Positions 50,824 through 60,247 of a stretch of DNA of 64,000 nucleotides are shown one piece after another. Below the pieces are notes generated by a model, which saw nothing but the letters and a program-made list of their open reading frames with translations, ran no database searches and was not told the DNA's origin. This stretch comes from Acidobacteriota bacterium. GTDB taxonomy: Bacteria; Acidobacteriota; Thermoanaerobaculia; Thermoanaerobaculales; Sulfomarinibacteraceae. The position numbers and the translations under genes were made by a program. The stretch is from positions 1,653-65,652 of the forward strand of contig JAJDNH010000029.1 of assembly GCA_022340775.1 (NCBI GenBank). The letters run 5' to 3'. Position 1 is the stretch's first letter, and each line of letters begins with the position of its first letter.

Positions 50824-52341
50824 ATGAGGGAATCGAGCCGCGACACGCCGCAGTACGAGATGGGAAAGGCCGAGACCGAAAGGCTCCGCCGGGTGGAGAC
50901 GACGTTTCTCGCGCGGCCCAGGGTCAGCATCCGCCTTCGCATCGTGGCGGGCTTCCTGCTCTGCTTCTTCCTGCTCGCGGTCACCGGCCTGATCAACCTC
51001 GTCATCCTGTTCCAGGCAAGAAGCAAGCTTCATTTCCTGGACGTCAGTCAGACCCTGTCCCTGGAAATCCAGCGTGCCTCTCATACCGCCAGACTCGACT
51101 TTCCGGATGCAAAGAACCTGGCGACGGCGGCTGCCAGTGCCAAGGACGCTTTTGACCTGTTCATGAAGGAGGGGGCCCAGATCATGGGCGCCACCGGCGA
51201 GAAGAACCTCGCCCTCCTCAACTACCAGATGGGGCACTACGTGCAGCTGCTCGACGACGGCCTGGCCCTCGCTAAGACGGGACCGGCGACCGAGAGCCAG
51301 AGAAAGGCTCTGCAGGAGCAGATCGACGCCTCCGCATCCGGCCTGCTCAACCTTCTGCGGACGATGAAGGCACGCGAGGCGGCGGCGGCCGACCGCGTCC
51401 TCAGCCTCTCCCAGAAGCTCCCGTTCGTGTTCTCGGCGCTGATGCTGGTCATCATCTTCTGGATCACCAGCCTCCTGGCCGGCACCATCACCGACTCGCT
51501 GAAGCGTCTGGAAGAGTCCACGCGCCGGATCGCCGCCGGTGACTTCTCACTCATGAACCCCAAGCGGCGCTACCACGACGAGTTCTCCGACCTGTCGGTC
51601 GCCGTCAACCGCATGCTGTCGGAGCTGCGCGCCCGTGAGGCTCAGGTCGTCAAGGCGGACCGGCTCGCCAGCGTTGGCCTCGTGACCTCGGGATTCGCGC
51701 AGCAGTTCAGCACGACTCTCGACGCCATCACGAGCCACGTCGACTCCTTTCTGGATCAGTGTCCGGAGGCAAAGGCGTGCGAGGAATGCGGGCTGCTGCA
51801 GGCCCTGTCAGCCGAGACGGACCGCGGCAAGGAGGCCGTTGCGACGCTCCTCGAGTTCACGCTCGACCACGACTTCGTGCTCTCCGAGGTGAGCCTGCAC
51901 GAGGTTGTGGAGTCGGCGCGGCACCTGCTTCAGGACCAGATGGACGAGGCCCACGTCTCGTTCTCCAACGGTATCCCGCCGGACATGCCCCGCATTCGAG
52001 GGGCCGCGAACCAGCTCCGCCATGTCTTCGTGAACCTCTTCCACAACGCGATCCAGGCGATGCCGCATGGAGGCGACCTGTCGGTGAGGGCCGCCCTACT
52101 GGAGGGCCAACGGGCCAGCGTCACCGTCTCCGACACCGGCACCGGGATACCACCAGAGGACCTCGCTCACCTCTTCGACCCCTCCTTCACGACCAAGGAC
52201 ACCGAAGGCGGAACCGGCCTGGGGCTCTCGATCAGCTACGGTCTGATCAAGAGGCACGGAGGCGAGATTCGAGCCGAGAGCCTGCTCGGCAGTGGAACCA
52301 CCATCTCTCTCACGCTCCCCCTGGCGACGAACGACAAGTAG
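50824..52341 (+). CDS. membrane HAMP-containing histidine-kinase-like protein with degenerate H-box
   Basis: Two TM helices flank a helical sensor. HAMP segment DSLKRLEESTRRIAAGDF. The dimerisation-helix region reads LASVGLVTSGFAQQFSTTL (Gln where the His is expected). The ATPase boxes are intact: NLFHNAIQAM, DTGTGI and GGTGLGLS. Confidence 0.8.
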   Translation: MRESSRDTPQYEMGKAETERLRRVETTFLARPRVSIRLRIVAGFLLCFFLLAVTGLINLVILFQARSKLHFLDVSQTLSLEIQRASHTARLDFPDAKNLATAAASAKDAFDLFMKEGAQIMGATGEKNLALLNYQMGHYVQLLDDGLALAKTGPATESQRKALQEQIDASASGLLNLLRTMKAREAAAADRVLSLSQKLPFVFSALMLVIIFWITSLLAGTITDSLKRLEESTRRIAAGDFSLMNPKRRYHDEFSDLSVAVNRMLSELRAREAQVVKADRLASVGLVTSGFAQQFSTTLDAITSHVDSFLDQCPEAKACEECGLLQALSAETDRGKEAVATLLEFTLDHDFVLSEVSLHEVVESARHLLQDQMDEAHVSFSNGIPPDMPRIRGAANQLRHVFVNLFHNAIQAMPHGGDLSVRAALLEGQRASVTVSDTGTGIPPEDLAHLFDPSFTTKDTEGGTGLGLSISYGLIKRHGGEIRAESLLGSGTTISLTLPLATNDK

Positions 52342-52343
52342 GC

Positions 52344-53159
52344 TCACACGTTTTTTGGTCTGTTCCGCTTCCTTGCAGAATGGATCGCGCCCAGATTCCC
52401 CAGGAAATCGAATACCAGGCACATGAGCAAGCCCACGACAGCCGCCAGCCCAACGGCACCCAGACCGTAGAGAACGCCGTGTGAGCGGGCCAGGTTGCTC
52501 ACGAAAGCCTCGATCCCCACCTCGTGAACCTCGATCGACAGGGATCGGGTGCCGACCACCCGGCGGCCGCGGATCGCGAACGCCTCGATGGTGTAGCGCC
52601 CGGAGGCGACGCGGCACGGCCAGAAGAAGTTGGTGCTGTAACGACCCTCGCGGCAGGTGACGCCGCCCTCACGGAACGAGAACAGGCCACCTGCCTTGCG
52701 GGCTGCGATGAGCTCGTCAAGGTGGAGTTCGGCCTCGGTTCCCCCCTCGGCCGTCAGCGATGCACGCAGGCCCCGCAGCCCGAGCCGGTAGCGCAGCTGC
52801 TCCTGGCTGGAGAGGATCTCGTCGAGCGGGTCACTGGTGCTGATCTTGTACATCCGCGGTACGTTGCCGAAGCGGACCCGACCGACGGACATCCAGAACG
52901 GGCCGACCTTGCCCATTCGAGAGAACGTGACCTCCCTGTCCGGGGAGGTGAGCTTGACCGCCACCGCGCACCCGGGCTCGACCCTGCCCCACACCCCGAC
53001 CCGCTTCCCCGCGTAGCACGACGTCACACGGATGTTGTGGTCGGACACCTCAAGAGATCGCAGCGGGTTCACCTGCTGTGCCGAGGGCTCGGCGCCGGCT
53101 GCGAACACACCGTGGCAGAAGCTGAGCACCAACACGGCCGCCAGCCGCCCGGCCTTCAT
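52344..53159 (-). CDS. TIGR02186-like membrane-anchored protein
   Basis: Signal peptide, then a beta-rich domain, then a C-terminal TM helix (GLGAVGLAAVVGLLMCLVF). 4-nt overlap with the upstream TauE/SafE gene. Only the last 271 codons of the 642-aa ORF are used. Confidence 0.55.
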   Translation of the reverse strand: MKAGRLAAVLVLSFCHGVFAAGAEPSAQQVNPLRSLEVSDHNIRVTSCYAGKRVGVWGRVEPGCAVAVKLTSPDREVTFSRMGKVGPFWMSVGRVRFGNVPRMYKISTSDPLDEILSSQEQLRYRLGLRGLRASLTAEGGTEAELHLDELIAARKAGGLFSFREGGVTCREGRYSTNFFWPCRVASGRYTIEAFAIRGRRVVGTRSLSIEVHEVGIEAFVSNLARSHGVLYGLGAVGLAAVVGLLMCLVFDFLGNLGAIHSARKRNRPKNV

Positions 53160-54064
53160 CTCCTGCCTACCAACTCCTGGAGAAGGAACGCAGGCGCTGC
53201 CAGCAGGCCGTTCAGCATCTTGACCGACATCGCGAGGACCAACAGCGAGAAGACCACCTTGAGCTGGTCGGCCCTGAGCTTCTGTGCGGCGCGGGCTCCC
53301 AGCTGTGCGCCGAGCGTCGACCCGATAAGCAGGATCGCCGCCAGCACGACGTCCACCGTGTGGTTCATGGCCGCCTGCATGAGCGTCACCGAGCTCGAGG
53401 TGAACAGCATTTGGAACAAGCTGGTCCCGACTACCACTTGCATCGGCATGTCCAGCAGGTAGGTCATGGCCGGGATCAGGACGAAACCTCCTCCGACCCC
53501 CATGATGGCCGCCAGCACGCCCACGAAAGCCCCGAGTAGGAACGGCGCCAGGGCCGAGGTCTGGACGCCCGCGGCCTTGAACCGCATCTGCAGCGGCAGC
53601 CTCTGCAGCAGCCGCACCACGCGCGATGGCTCGCCGCTCGCCGGCTCGCCCCGTACCTGACTGGTGATTCCCTCGATGAACACCATCACGCCAATCACTG
53701 CCATCAGGACCACGTAGCAGGACACGATTACGAGATCGAGGTTGCCGACCGCCCGCAGGAGCTTGACGATCCAGGTTCCCAGCGCGCCTCCGGAGACGCC
53801 ACCGACGAGCATCAGCAGGCCGATGCCGATGTCGACGTTGCCCACCCTGAGGTGGGCGATCGCGCCCGATACGCTGGCTCCGGCGATGGCGTTGATCCCG
53901 GAGGCCGTGGCAACCGCCGGGTTGACGCCCATCATGATGAGGATTGGGGTCAACAGGAAGCCGCCGGATCCGAGCAGACCCTGAACGAAGCCGACACCGA
54001 TCCCGGCACAGGCCACCCACAGGATGTTGATGTCCATCGCAGCGACTGGGAGGTAGATGTTCAT
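53156..54064 (-). CDS. TauE/SafE (TSUP) family anion exporter/permease
   Basis: About eight TM helices with an internally duplicated GxGGG pattern (LLGSGGFLLTPIL and IMGVGGGFVLIPAM). The start is chosen at MNIYLPVAAM. Confidence 0.8.
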   Translation of the reverse strand: MNIYLPVAAMDINILWVACAGIGVGFVQGLLGSGGFLLTPILIMMGVNPAVATASGINAIAGASVSGAIAHLRVGNVDIGIGLLMLVGGVSGGALGTWIVKLLRAVGNLDLVIVSCYVVLMAVIGVMVFIEGITSQVRGEPASGEPSRVVRLLQRLPLQMRFKAAGVQTSALAPFLLGAFVGVLAAIMGVGGGFVLIPAMTYLLDMPMQVVVGTSLFQMLFTSSSVTLMQAAMNHTVDVVLAAILLIGSTLGAQLGARAAQKLRADQLKVVFSLLVLAMSVKMLNGLLAAPAFLLQELVGRR

Positions 54065-54391
54065 CAGCTCCAGGTTCCTCGTCGTGTCGCCGCGCGGCTG
54101 CGGTGCCGCTCGGAACCGACGTTCGAGACCGGCGCCAGCCCCCCCAGCCTGGCTCAACCGGGCTCCCGGCACGGGCCGGGTATTGCCGGATCCAGTGTCC
54201 CTCCGCGCCATGTGCTCGGTCAAGGGCAGCGAGCCCCAGTAACCCGGGCTTGAAGATATTTCTTCTCCTCACTTCCCTGTGTCCGTGCTCCTTCGTGTTC
54301 TTGGTGTCGTGATCGTCTCCTCTCCGTCGGCCTCGCTACCGGCGCTCATGAAGAACCCGGGCTACACTGCGCGGGTGCACGGGAGGGAGCA

Positions 54392-55843
54392 ATGGCGAAA
54401 ACGTACGACCTCGTCATCCTGGGCTGCGGGCCGGCCGGCGAGCGGGCGGCGATCCTCGCCGCCAAAGCCGGCCGCCGGGTGGCGGTGGTGGAGCGCGCCA
54501 ACGTGGTCGGCGGCACGCGGATCAACTGGGGGACGATCCCCAGCAAGACGCTGCGCGAGAGCGCCCTCTTCGTGTGGGCCCATACCCACCACCAGCTGGA
54601 GGGAATCCGTACCGAGATTGCCGAAGAGATCACGGTCTCGGGCTTCATGTACCGCGAGCACATGGTGGTCCAACGCGAGCTCGAGCTCATCAACCGGACG
54701 CTCGGGCGCTACAGCGTCGAGGTCTTCCGCGGCCACGGCCGCTTCCTCGACCCGCACCAGGTGGCGGTGGTGGACGAGGACGGTGTCAAGTTGCACGAGC
54801 TCGCGGGGGACGTCTTCGTCATCGCGACCGGCACCTCGCCCAACCACCCCGACGACGTCACCTTTGAGGGTACGGTCGTGTTCGACAGCGATACGATCCT
54901 CAAGCTGCCGCGTATTCCCCGCACCATGATCGTCCTCGGCGCCGGTGTGATCGGGGTGGAGTACGCCTCGATCTTCGCCGCCCTCGGCGTTGACGTGACC
55001 CTTGTCGACACCCGTGACGAGCTGCTGCCGTACCTCGACCGCGAGATCGCCCGGCGACTGGAGCAGGAGCTCGGCCGCCTCGGCATCACCATTCGCCACG
55101 GCGAGCGCTACCAGCGGATTGCAAGGGTGGAGGGGGGGCCGCCTCGCGTTCGCTGCGAGACCACCGGGGGCGACGTGCTGGAGGCGGACGTCCTGCTGTA
55201 CTCGGTCGGCCGCGACGGCAACACCGCCGGCATCGGCCTCGAAGCGGTCGGGATCGAACCGACGGCGCGCGGCCTGATCGAGGTTAACGAGGCCTACCAG
55301 ACCGTGCAGCCGCACATCTACGCCGCCGGCGATGTGATCGGCTACCCGGCCCTGGCCAGCACCTCGATGGAGCAGGGGCGGCAGGTCGTGCGCCACGCGT
55401 TCGGCATCCCCGGCCCGCTCGGCCGTGAGGGAACGCTTCCGTTCGCCATCTACGCCATCCCCGAGGTCGGCACCATCGGTGCCACCGAGGAGGACCTGAG
55501 GCGGACGGACAGCGAGTACGTGGTCGGCCGCGGCCTTTACCGGCTCAACCCACGCGGCCAGATCATGGGCGACACCGGCGGTATGCTGAAGCTGCTGTTC
55601 GACCTGGACGGCCTGCGCCTGCTCGGCGCCCACATCATCGGCTCCCAGGCCAGCGAGCTGGTACACATCGGCCAGGCCTTCCTGCGCGCCGACGCCACCG
55701 CCTTCGACATCGCCGAGGCGCTCTACAACTACCCGACCCTGGCCGACCTCTACCGGCACGCGGCGCTCGAGGCCCTGCGCGAGAAGATGCAACGCCGCCC
55801 CGGGTGGCAGCCGTGGACGACGCCCCGTTCCGGGCAGGCGTGA
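54392..55843 (+). CDS. sthA: soluble pyridine nucleotide transhydrogenase-like flavoprotein (SthA-type)
   Basis: FAD motif DLVILGCGPAGERAA. GGTRINWGTIPSKTL lacks the CxxxxC redox disulfide of lipoamide dehydrogenases, as in SthA. NAD motif IVLGAGVIGVEYA. Confidence 0.75.
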   Translation: MAKTYDLVILGCGPAGERAAILAAKAGRRVAVVERANVVGGTRINWGTIPSKTLRESALFVWAHTHHQLEGIRTEIAEEITVSGFMYREHMVVQRELELINRTLGRYSVEVFRGHGRFLDPHQVAVVDEDGVKLHELAGDVFVIATGTSPNHPDDVTFEGTVVFDSDTILKLPRIPRTMIVLGAGVIGVEYASIFAALGVDVTLVDTRDELLPYLDREIARRLEQELGRLGITIRHGERYQRIARVEGGPPRVRCETTGGDVLEADVLLYSVGRDGNTAGIGLEAVGIEPTARGLIEVNEAYQTVQPHIYAAGDVIGYPALASTSMEQGRQVVRHAFGIPGPLGREGTLPFAIYAIPEVGTIGATEEDLRRTDSEYVVGRGLYRLNPRGQIMGDTGGMLKLLFDLDGLRLLGAHIIGSQASELVHIGQAFLRADATAFDIAEALYNYPTLADLYRHAALEALREKMQRRPGWQPWTTPRSGQA

Positions 55844-55863
55844 GGACTTACCCCGTCAGCGCC

Positions 55864-58080
55864 TCACAGGTGCTGCTGCCAGTACTCCAGCATCCGCTTG
55901 TACAGGTCGATGCGGGCCGCACGGTCGCCGATAATGTGTTTGCGCATTGGGTACACCATGACGTCAAACGGCTTGCCGGCCTCGAGCAGCCTATCGACGA
56001 AGTTCCACGTGTTCTGCGGGTGCACGTTGTCGTCGTGCGTGCCGAGGACGAGCATGATCCGGCCATGCAGGTCCTTGGCATAGCGCAGCAGTGAAGTGTG
56101 CTCGTACCCCTCCGGGTTGTCGGCCGGGGTCTTCATGAAGGTCTCGGCGAACTTGGTGTCGTAGAAGTGCCAGTCGGTCACCGGGGCGATGGCAATGCCG
56201 GCCTTGAACTCCTTCGAGCGGGTCATGAGGAGCACGGTCGAGGTGCCGCCACCGCTCCAGCCCCAAACCCCGACGCGGGTGCCGTCGACCCAGGGGTGCG
56301 ACTTGAGCCAGCGCACGCCGGCCACCATGTCGCCGAGCTCGACGTCGCTCCACACCTTGCCGAGGACGGTGTCTTCGTCTGTCTTGCTGGCGCCGGTGGC
56401 GCTGCGCGGGTCGACGTTCATGACCACGTAGCCACGGTCGGCGAGGATCTGGTCGAACTTGGCGTTGAGGGCGAACGAGTAGTCGAACGAGTCCTTCACC
56501 ACCGGCGCCGCCGGCCCGCCGTAGATGTAGACGATCGCCGGGTACTTCTTCGCCGGGTCGAACCCCCTCGGCTTGATCAGGCGCACCTGCAGCGGATGGC
56601 CGTCGGGCGCCGGCACCGTCACCAGCTGTGGGCACTGCCAGTCGAACGTCTCGAGCAGCCCGGGGAGGGAGCTCGCAAGTACCCGCTCGCGGCCCCCGGC
56701 GGTGTCATGGACGACCAGTGAGGGCGGCGTGCAGTGCGCGGAGCGCACCTCCGACCAGTAGCGGCGGTCGGGGCTGAACGACGCCCAGTGGACGCCGGCC
56801 TCACTGGTCAGCCGTTCGAGCCCGGTCCCGTCGAGCCGCACCCGGTACAGCTGGCGCTCGACCGGGGAGTCCTTCATGGCGATGAAGTAGACGAAGCCGC
56901 CACGCCAGTCGACGAACGTCGCGTCGAGGGCCTCGGCGTAAAACGAGGCAGGCCCGCGCACCGACCAGTCGCCCGCCGTCAGCTTCCTGATCAGGGTGCC
57001 GTCCGACCGGTACAGGTAGAGGTGGGTGTAGCCGTCCCGCTGCGAAGACCAGACGAACTGCGAGCCGTCGGGAGCGAACTGCAGCTCCTGCTGGTCCACC
57101 CATGCCCGGTCCGGGTCGGACAGGATGCGGGTCGGGGTCCCGCCTGCACGCTCGACGAGGTAGAGGTCGAGACGGGTCTGAGCACGGTTGGTGACCTGCA
57201 CTGCGAGCCGGCGTCCGTCCGGCAGCCAGCGCACCCCCAGTATGTACTCGTACGGCATCCGCTCCTTGGGCACGAACACCGTCGTCCCGCTCGCGAGATC
57301 GGCGACGCCGAGGGTCACGATCGGGTTCGCGCCGCCGGCCTTGGGGTACCGCTGTCGCAGCACCCGCGGCACCGCGGGTGTGATGTCGGGGAACACGACC
57401 TCGCTGACCGGCGCCTCGTCGCTGCGGAGGAAGGCGATGGCTGTCGAGTCCGGCGACCACCAGTAACCGGCGGCGTCGTGATCGAAGATCTCCTCCCAGT
57501 AGACCCACGACAGGGCGCCGTTGAGGACCGTGGCGGAGCCGTCCCGGGTCAGCCTCGTCTCTGCCCCGGTCGCGATATCGGCGACGTAGAGGTCATGGTT
57601 GCGCACGAACGCCGCACGGCGCCCGTCGGGTGACAGGCGGGCGGCGCTCTCTGCCTCCGGAGTGTGCGTCAGACGACGGAAGCTGGAAGAGGCGAGGTCC
57701 AGCACGAACAGGTCGCCGCCGAAGGTGTAGAGGGCGCGGCGACCCGCCCCGTCGAAGCTCTCCGGCCACGGGAGCGCCTTGGGCGTGTCCGCTTCGCCCA
57801 GCTGCGCCTTCAGGCTCGCCAGTGCGGCGGCCGCATCGACCGCGGGGCGGCGCTCGCCGGTGGACGGTGTGTAGCGCTCGATGGTGCGTTCGGTTTCGGG
57901 CTTGCCGTGATCGAGCAGGAGCAGGTCATCGCCCGCGGTCCACGCGATCTCCGGCATTCTGGTCGCGTTCACGCCCTGCTCGCTGTACACCCACTCGACC
58001 GACATCCGCTGGTGCTCCTGGCACAGTCCCGGGACCGCTGCCAGCAGCAGGATGGCGGCAAGCGCTCGTATGGTCTTCAT
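55864..58080 (-). CDS. S9-family dipeptidyl peptidase IV-like serine peptidase
   Basis: Signal peptide. DPP-IV-type propeller N-terminal region. Nucleophile elbow GVWGWSGGG. C-terminal segment LVLGTHDDNVH. Confidence 0.85.
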   Translation of the reverse strand: MKTIRALAAILLLAAVPGLCQEHQRMSVEWVYSEQGVNATRMPEIAWTAGDDLLLLDHGKPETERTIERYTPSTGERRPAVDAAAALASLKAQLGEADTPKALPWPESFDGAGRRALYTFGGDLFVLDLASSSFRRLTHTPEAESAARLSPDGRRAAFVRNHDLYVADIATGAETRLTRDGSATVLNGALSWVYWEEIFDHDAAGYWWSPDSTAIAFLRSDEAPVSEVVFPDITPAVPRVLRQRYPKAGGANPIVTLGVADLASGTTVFVPKERMPYEYILGVRWLPDGRRLAVQVTNRAQTRLDLYLVERAGGTPTRILSDPDRAWVDQQELQFAPDGSQFVWSSQRDGYTHLYLYRSDGTLIRKLTAGDWSVRGPASFYAEALDATFVDWRGGFVYFIAMKDSPVERQLYRVRLDGTGLERLTSEAGVHWASFSPDRRYWSEVRSAHCTPPSLVVHDTAGGRERVLASSLPGLLETFDWQCPQLVTVPAPDGHPLQVRLIKPRGFDPAKKYPAIVYIYGGPAAPVVKDSFDYSFALNAKFDQILADRGYVVMNVDPRSATGASKTDEDTVLGKVWSDVELGDMVAGVRWLKSHPWVDGTRVGVWGWSGGGTSTVLLMTRSKEFKAGIAIAPVTDWHFYDTKFAETFMKTPADNPEGYEHTSLLRYAKDLHGRIMLVLGTHDDNVHPQNTWNFVDRLLEAGKPFDVMVYPMRKHIIGDRAARIDLYKRMLEYWQQHL

Positions 58081-58220
58081 CGCGTGCTCCCCCTTCTCGT
58101 GCCAACATTCGCGGTCCGCGGCGCGCGTGTCAAGGCGCTCCCGGCCTCGGCATACAGCCTTCCAGGCTCGAGAAATAGCGCTGCCAACGCGTCCGTTGTC
58201 CAGACGGAGGCAGTGTCACG

Positions 58221-59093
58221 ATGATCAAGACCAGAGACCGGGTCATCCTGATCACCGGTGCCACGGACGGTCTCGGGAGGCGGGTCGCGCAGGACTTGGC
58301 TGGATCGGGAGCAACAGTTCTTCTCCACGGGCGAACCCCGGCGAAGGGAGCGGCCGCCGTTCGTGAGATCCGGGCCGCGACCCGCAACCAACAGCTCGCG
58401 TACTACAACGCCGACCTGTCATCGCTCGACGCGGTCCGACGTCTGGCCGAGGAGATCCTGGCCCATCAAGATCGCCTCGACGTGCTCATCAACAACGCCG
58501 GCATCGGGGTGGGGTCGCGCCGCGACGGACGCGAGCTGAGTAGGGACGGCTTCGAGCTGCGTTTCGCCGTCAACTACCTGGCGCCGTTCCTGCTGACACA
58601 CCGTTTGCTGCCGCTGTTGCAGCGGTCGGCTCCGGCACGCATCGTCAACGTCTCCTCGATCGGGCAGCAGCCGATCGACTTCGACAACGTCATGCTCGCG
58701 AGCTCGTATGAGGGCCTGCGGGCGTACCGCCAGAGCAAGCTCGCGCAGGTCATGTTCACGTTCGACCTCGCCGACCGCCTGGAGGGCACGGGCATCACCG
58801 TCAACTGCCTCCATCCTGCGACCCTGATGAGCACCAAGATGGTGCTCGACACCGACTACTTCGGGGGTGCCATGACGACGGTGGAGCAGGGCGCCGGCGC
58901 GGTAGAGTATCTCGCCACGTCGCCGCAATTGGCCGGCGTCAGCGGCGAGTACTTCGACGGACGGCGCCAGGCACGCGCCAACCGCCAGGCGTACGACCGG
59001 GAGGCCCGGCAGCGCCTCTGGACGTTGACCGAGCAGCTGGTCGGGATCGACGGAGCGCAGGCCTCAGAAGCCTCCGCCGGGCCCAACGTGTGA
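58221..59093 (+). CDS. short-chain dehydrogenase/reductase (SDR)
   Basis: Motifs TGATDGLGR, NNAG and YRQSK. Confidence 0.9.
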   Translation: MIKTRDRVILITGATDGLGRRVAQDLAGSGATVLLHGRTPAKGAAAVREIRAATRNQQLAYYNADLSSLDAVRRLAEEILAHQDRLDVLINNAGIGVGSRRDGRELSRDGFELRFAVNYLAPFLLTHRLLPLLQRSAPARIVNVSSIGQQPIDFDNVMLASSYEGLRAYRQSKLAQVMFTFDLADRLEGTGITVNCLHPATLMSTKMVLDTDYFGGAMTTVEQGAGAVEYLATSPQLAGVSGEYFDGRRQARANRQAYDREARQRLWTLTEQLVGIDGAQASEASAGPNV

Positions 59094-59104
59094 GAGACTG
59101 AATC

Positions 59105-59311
59105 GTGCCCTCCATGGGAACGCTCATCGTCGGCCTCGCCGCCGGGATCATCGGCATGGCGTACTTCGTCTACGGCAAGCGCGCGCAGCGTCTGATCTTC
59201 GTGTTCGCCGGCATCGCCCTATGCGTGTACCCGTACCTGGTCAGCGGCGTGGGCTGGGACCTTCTCGTCGGCTCGCTGCTGGCGGCCGCCCCGTTCGTGA
59301 TCCGGGACTGA
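59105..59311 (+). CDS. small conserved membrane protein (2 TM)
   Basis: GTLIVGLAAGIIGMAYFVYGKRAQRLIFVFAGIALCVYPYLVSG resembles a widespread small membrane protein family. The start is GTG 59105 or ATG 59114. Confidence 0.55.
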   Translation: MPSMGTLIVGLAAGIIGMAYFVYGKRAQRLIFVFAGIALCVYPYLVSGVGWDLLVGSLLAAAPFVIRD

Positions 59312-59355
59312 TCGCTGCGAGCAACTCGGCCGACCGCTAGACGCAATGGAGCCTG

Positions 59356-60057
59356 CTATTCCGGAAGGCTGCGGAGCTCGAAGTCGTCGAACACGACCCG
59401 CGACGGCTTCTTCTCGGAGGTGGAGAAGAGGCCGAGACCGGTGCCGTTGATGTCGACGTCGTCTACCTGCTTGAACCGCTCCCCGTTCACGTAGAGGGTT
59501 GCGGTCTTGCCCTGCAGCACGACGCGCAGCCGGTTGGCCTCACCGCCGGTGCGGACGGCGGCGAACGACTCCCGCTCCGGCCGGTGGGTCAGTCCGTATC
59601 CCTCGTACCTCGCCACACCGAGAAACGCCTGGCCGTCGCCGGTGATACCGGCCTGGACGAACCCGTCATTGCCGTACCGCAGCACGAGGCCGAAGCGAAT
59701 CCCCGGGTCGCCGGCGGTCTGGCGGGCCGTGACCGAAACGTCACCGGAGCGAACCTCACGCCCCTCGAGCATGCCGCGGGTGATCAGGTTGGTATCGGAG
59801 TTGACGATCTCGTAGGCGCCGTCGGCGTAATCCGAGCGGTAGCTGTCGTCGCGCTCGCGCTCCCAGCCGCTGGTCGGATCCGAGAAGTCGTCCTTGACCA
59901 GGACCCGGCCGCCGTCACCCGTTGGCGAGGAGGCGGCCTCCGTGCGGCTTCCCGCCGCCCCCTCCGGCGCGCTCGGTGCGGCCTTGCCGCCGCAGCCCCA
60001 GGAAAGGGCGACACTGGCCGCCGCAACCAACAACACGCTCACCGGGCTCCGGCTCAT
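59356..60057 (-). CDS. lipoprotein with LamG/DUF1080-like beta-sandwich domain
   Basis: Lipobox LSWGCGG. C-terminal ...VVFDDFELRSL is typical of DUF1080-type domains. Confidence 0.55.
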   Translation of the reverse strand: MSRSPVSVLLVAAASVALSWGCGGKAAPSAPEGAAGSRTEAASSPTGDGGRVLVKDDFSDPTSGWERERDDSYRSDYADGAYEIVNSDTNLITRGMLEGREVRSGDVSVTARQTAGDPGIRFGLVLRYGNDGFVQAGITGDGQAFLGVARYEGYGLTHRPERESFAAVRTGGEANRLRVVLQGKTATLYVNGERFKQVDDVDINGTGLGLFSTSEKKPSRVVFDDFELRSLPE

Positions 60058-60247
60058 GGATCCTCCTCTTTGGTTGTGCAACAGCGCTGAGCGAAGGCCT
60101 CGAGGGGCCGCACGGTGCTCATCGAGAACGCATCGATCTCTGGCCTTCAAAACAGCTGTGTTGGTGGGGATGATTCCGCCGGGGAGACAGGCTCCGGCTC
60201 ATCGGCACCTCGATGGACCGGTGCTCCCGCTGGCACGGGGCGAGTCG

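Noticed and set aside
53160-54272. The upstream 371 codons of the 642-aa minus-strand ORF 52344..54272.
   Set aside because: This part overlaps the TauE/SafE gene in a different frame and is Arg/Gly/Pro-rich. Only the C-terminal 271 codons, which have a signal peptide and an ATG at 53159, look coding.
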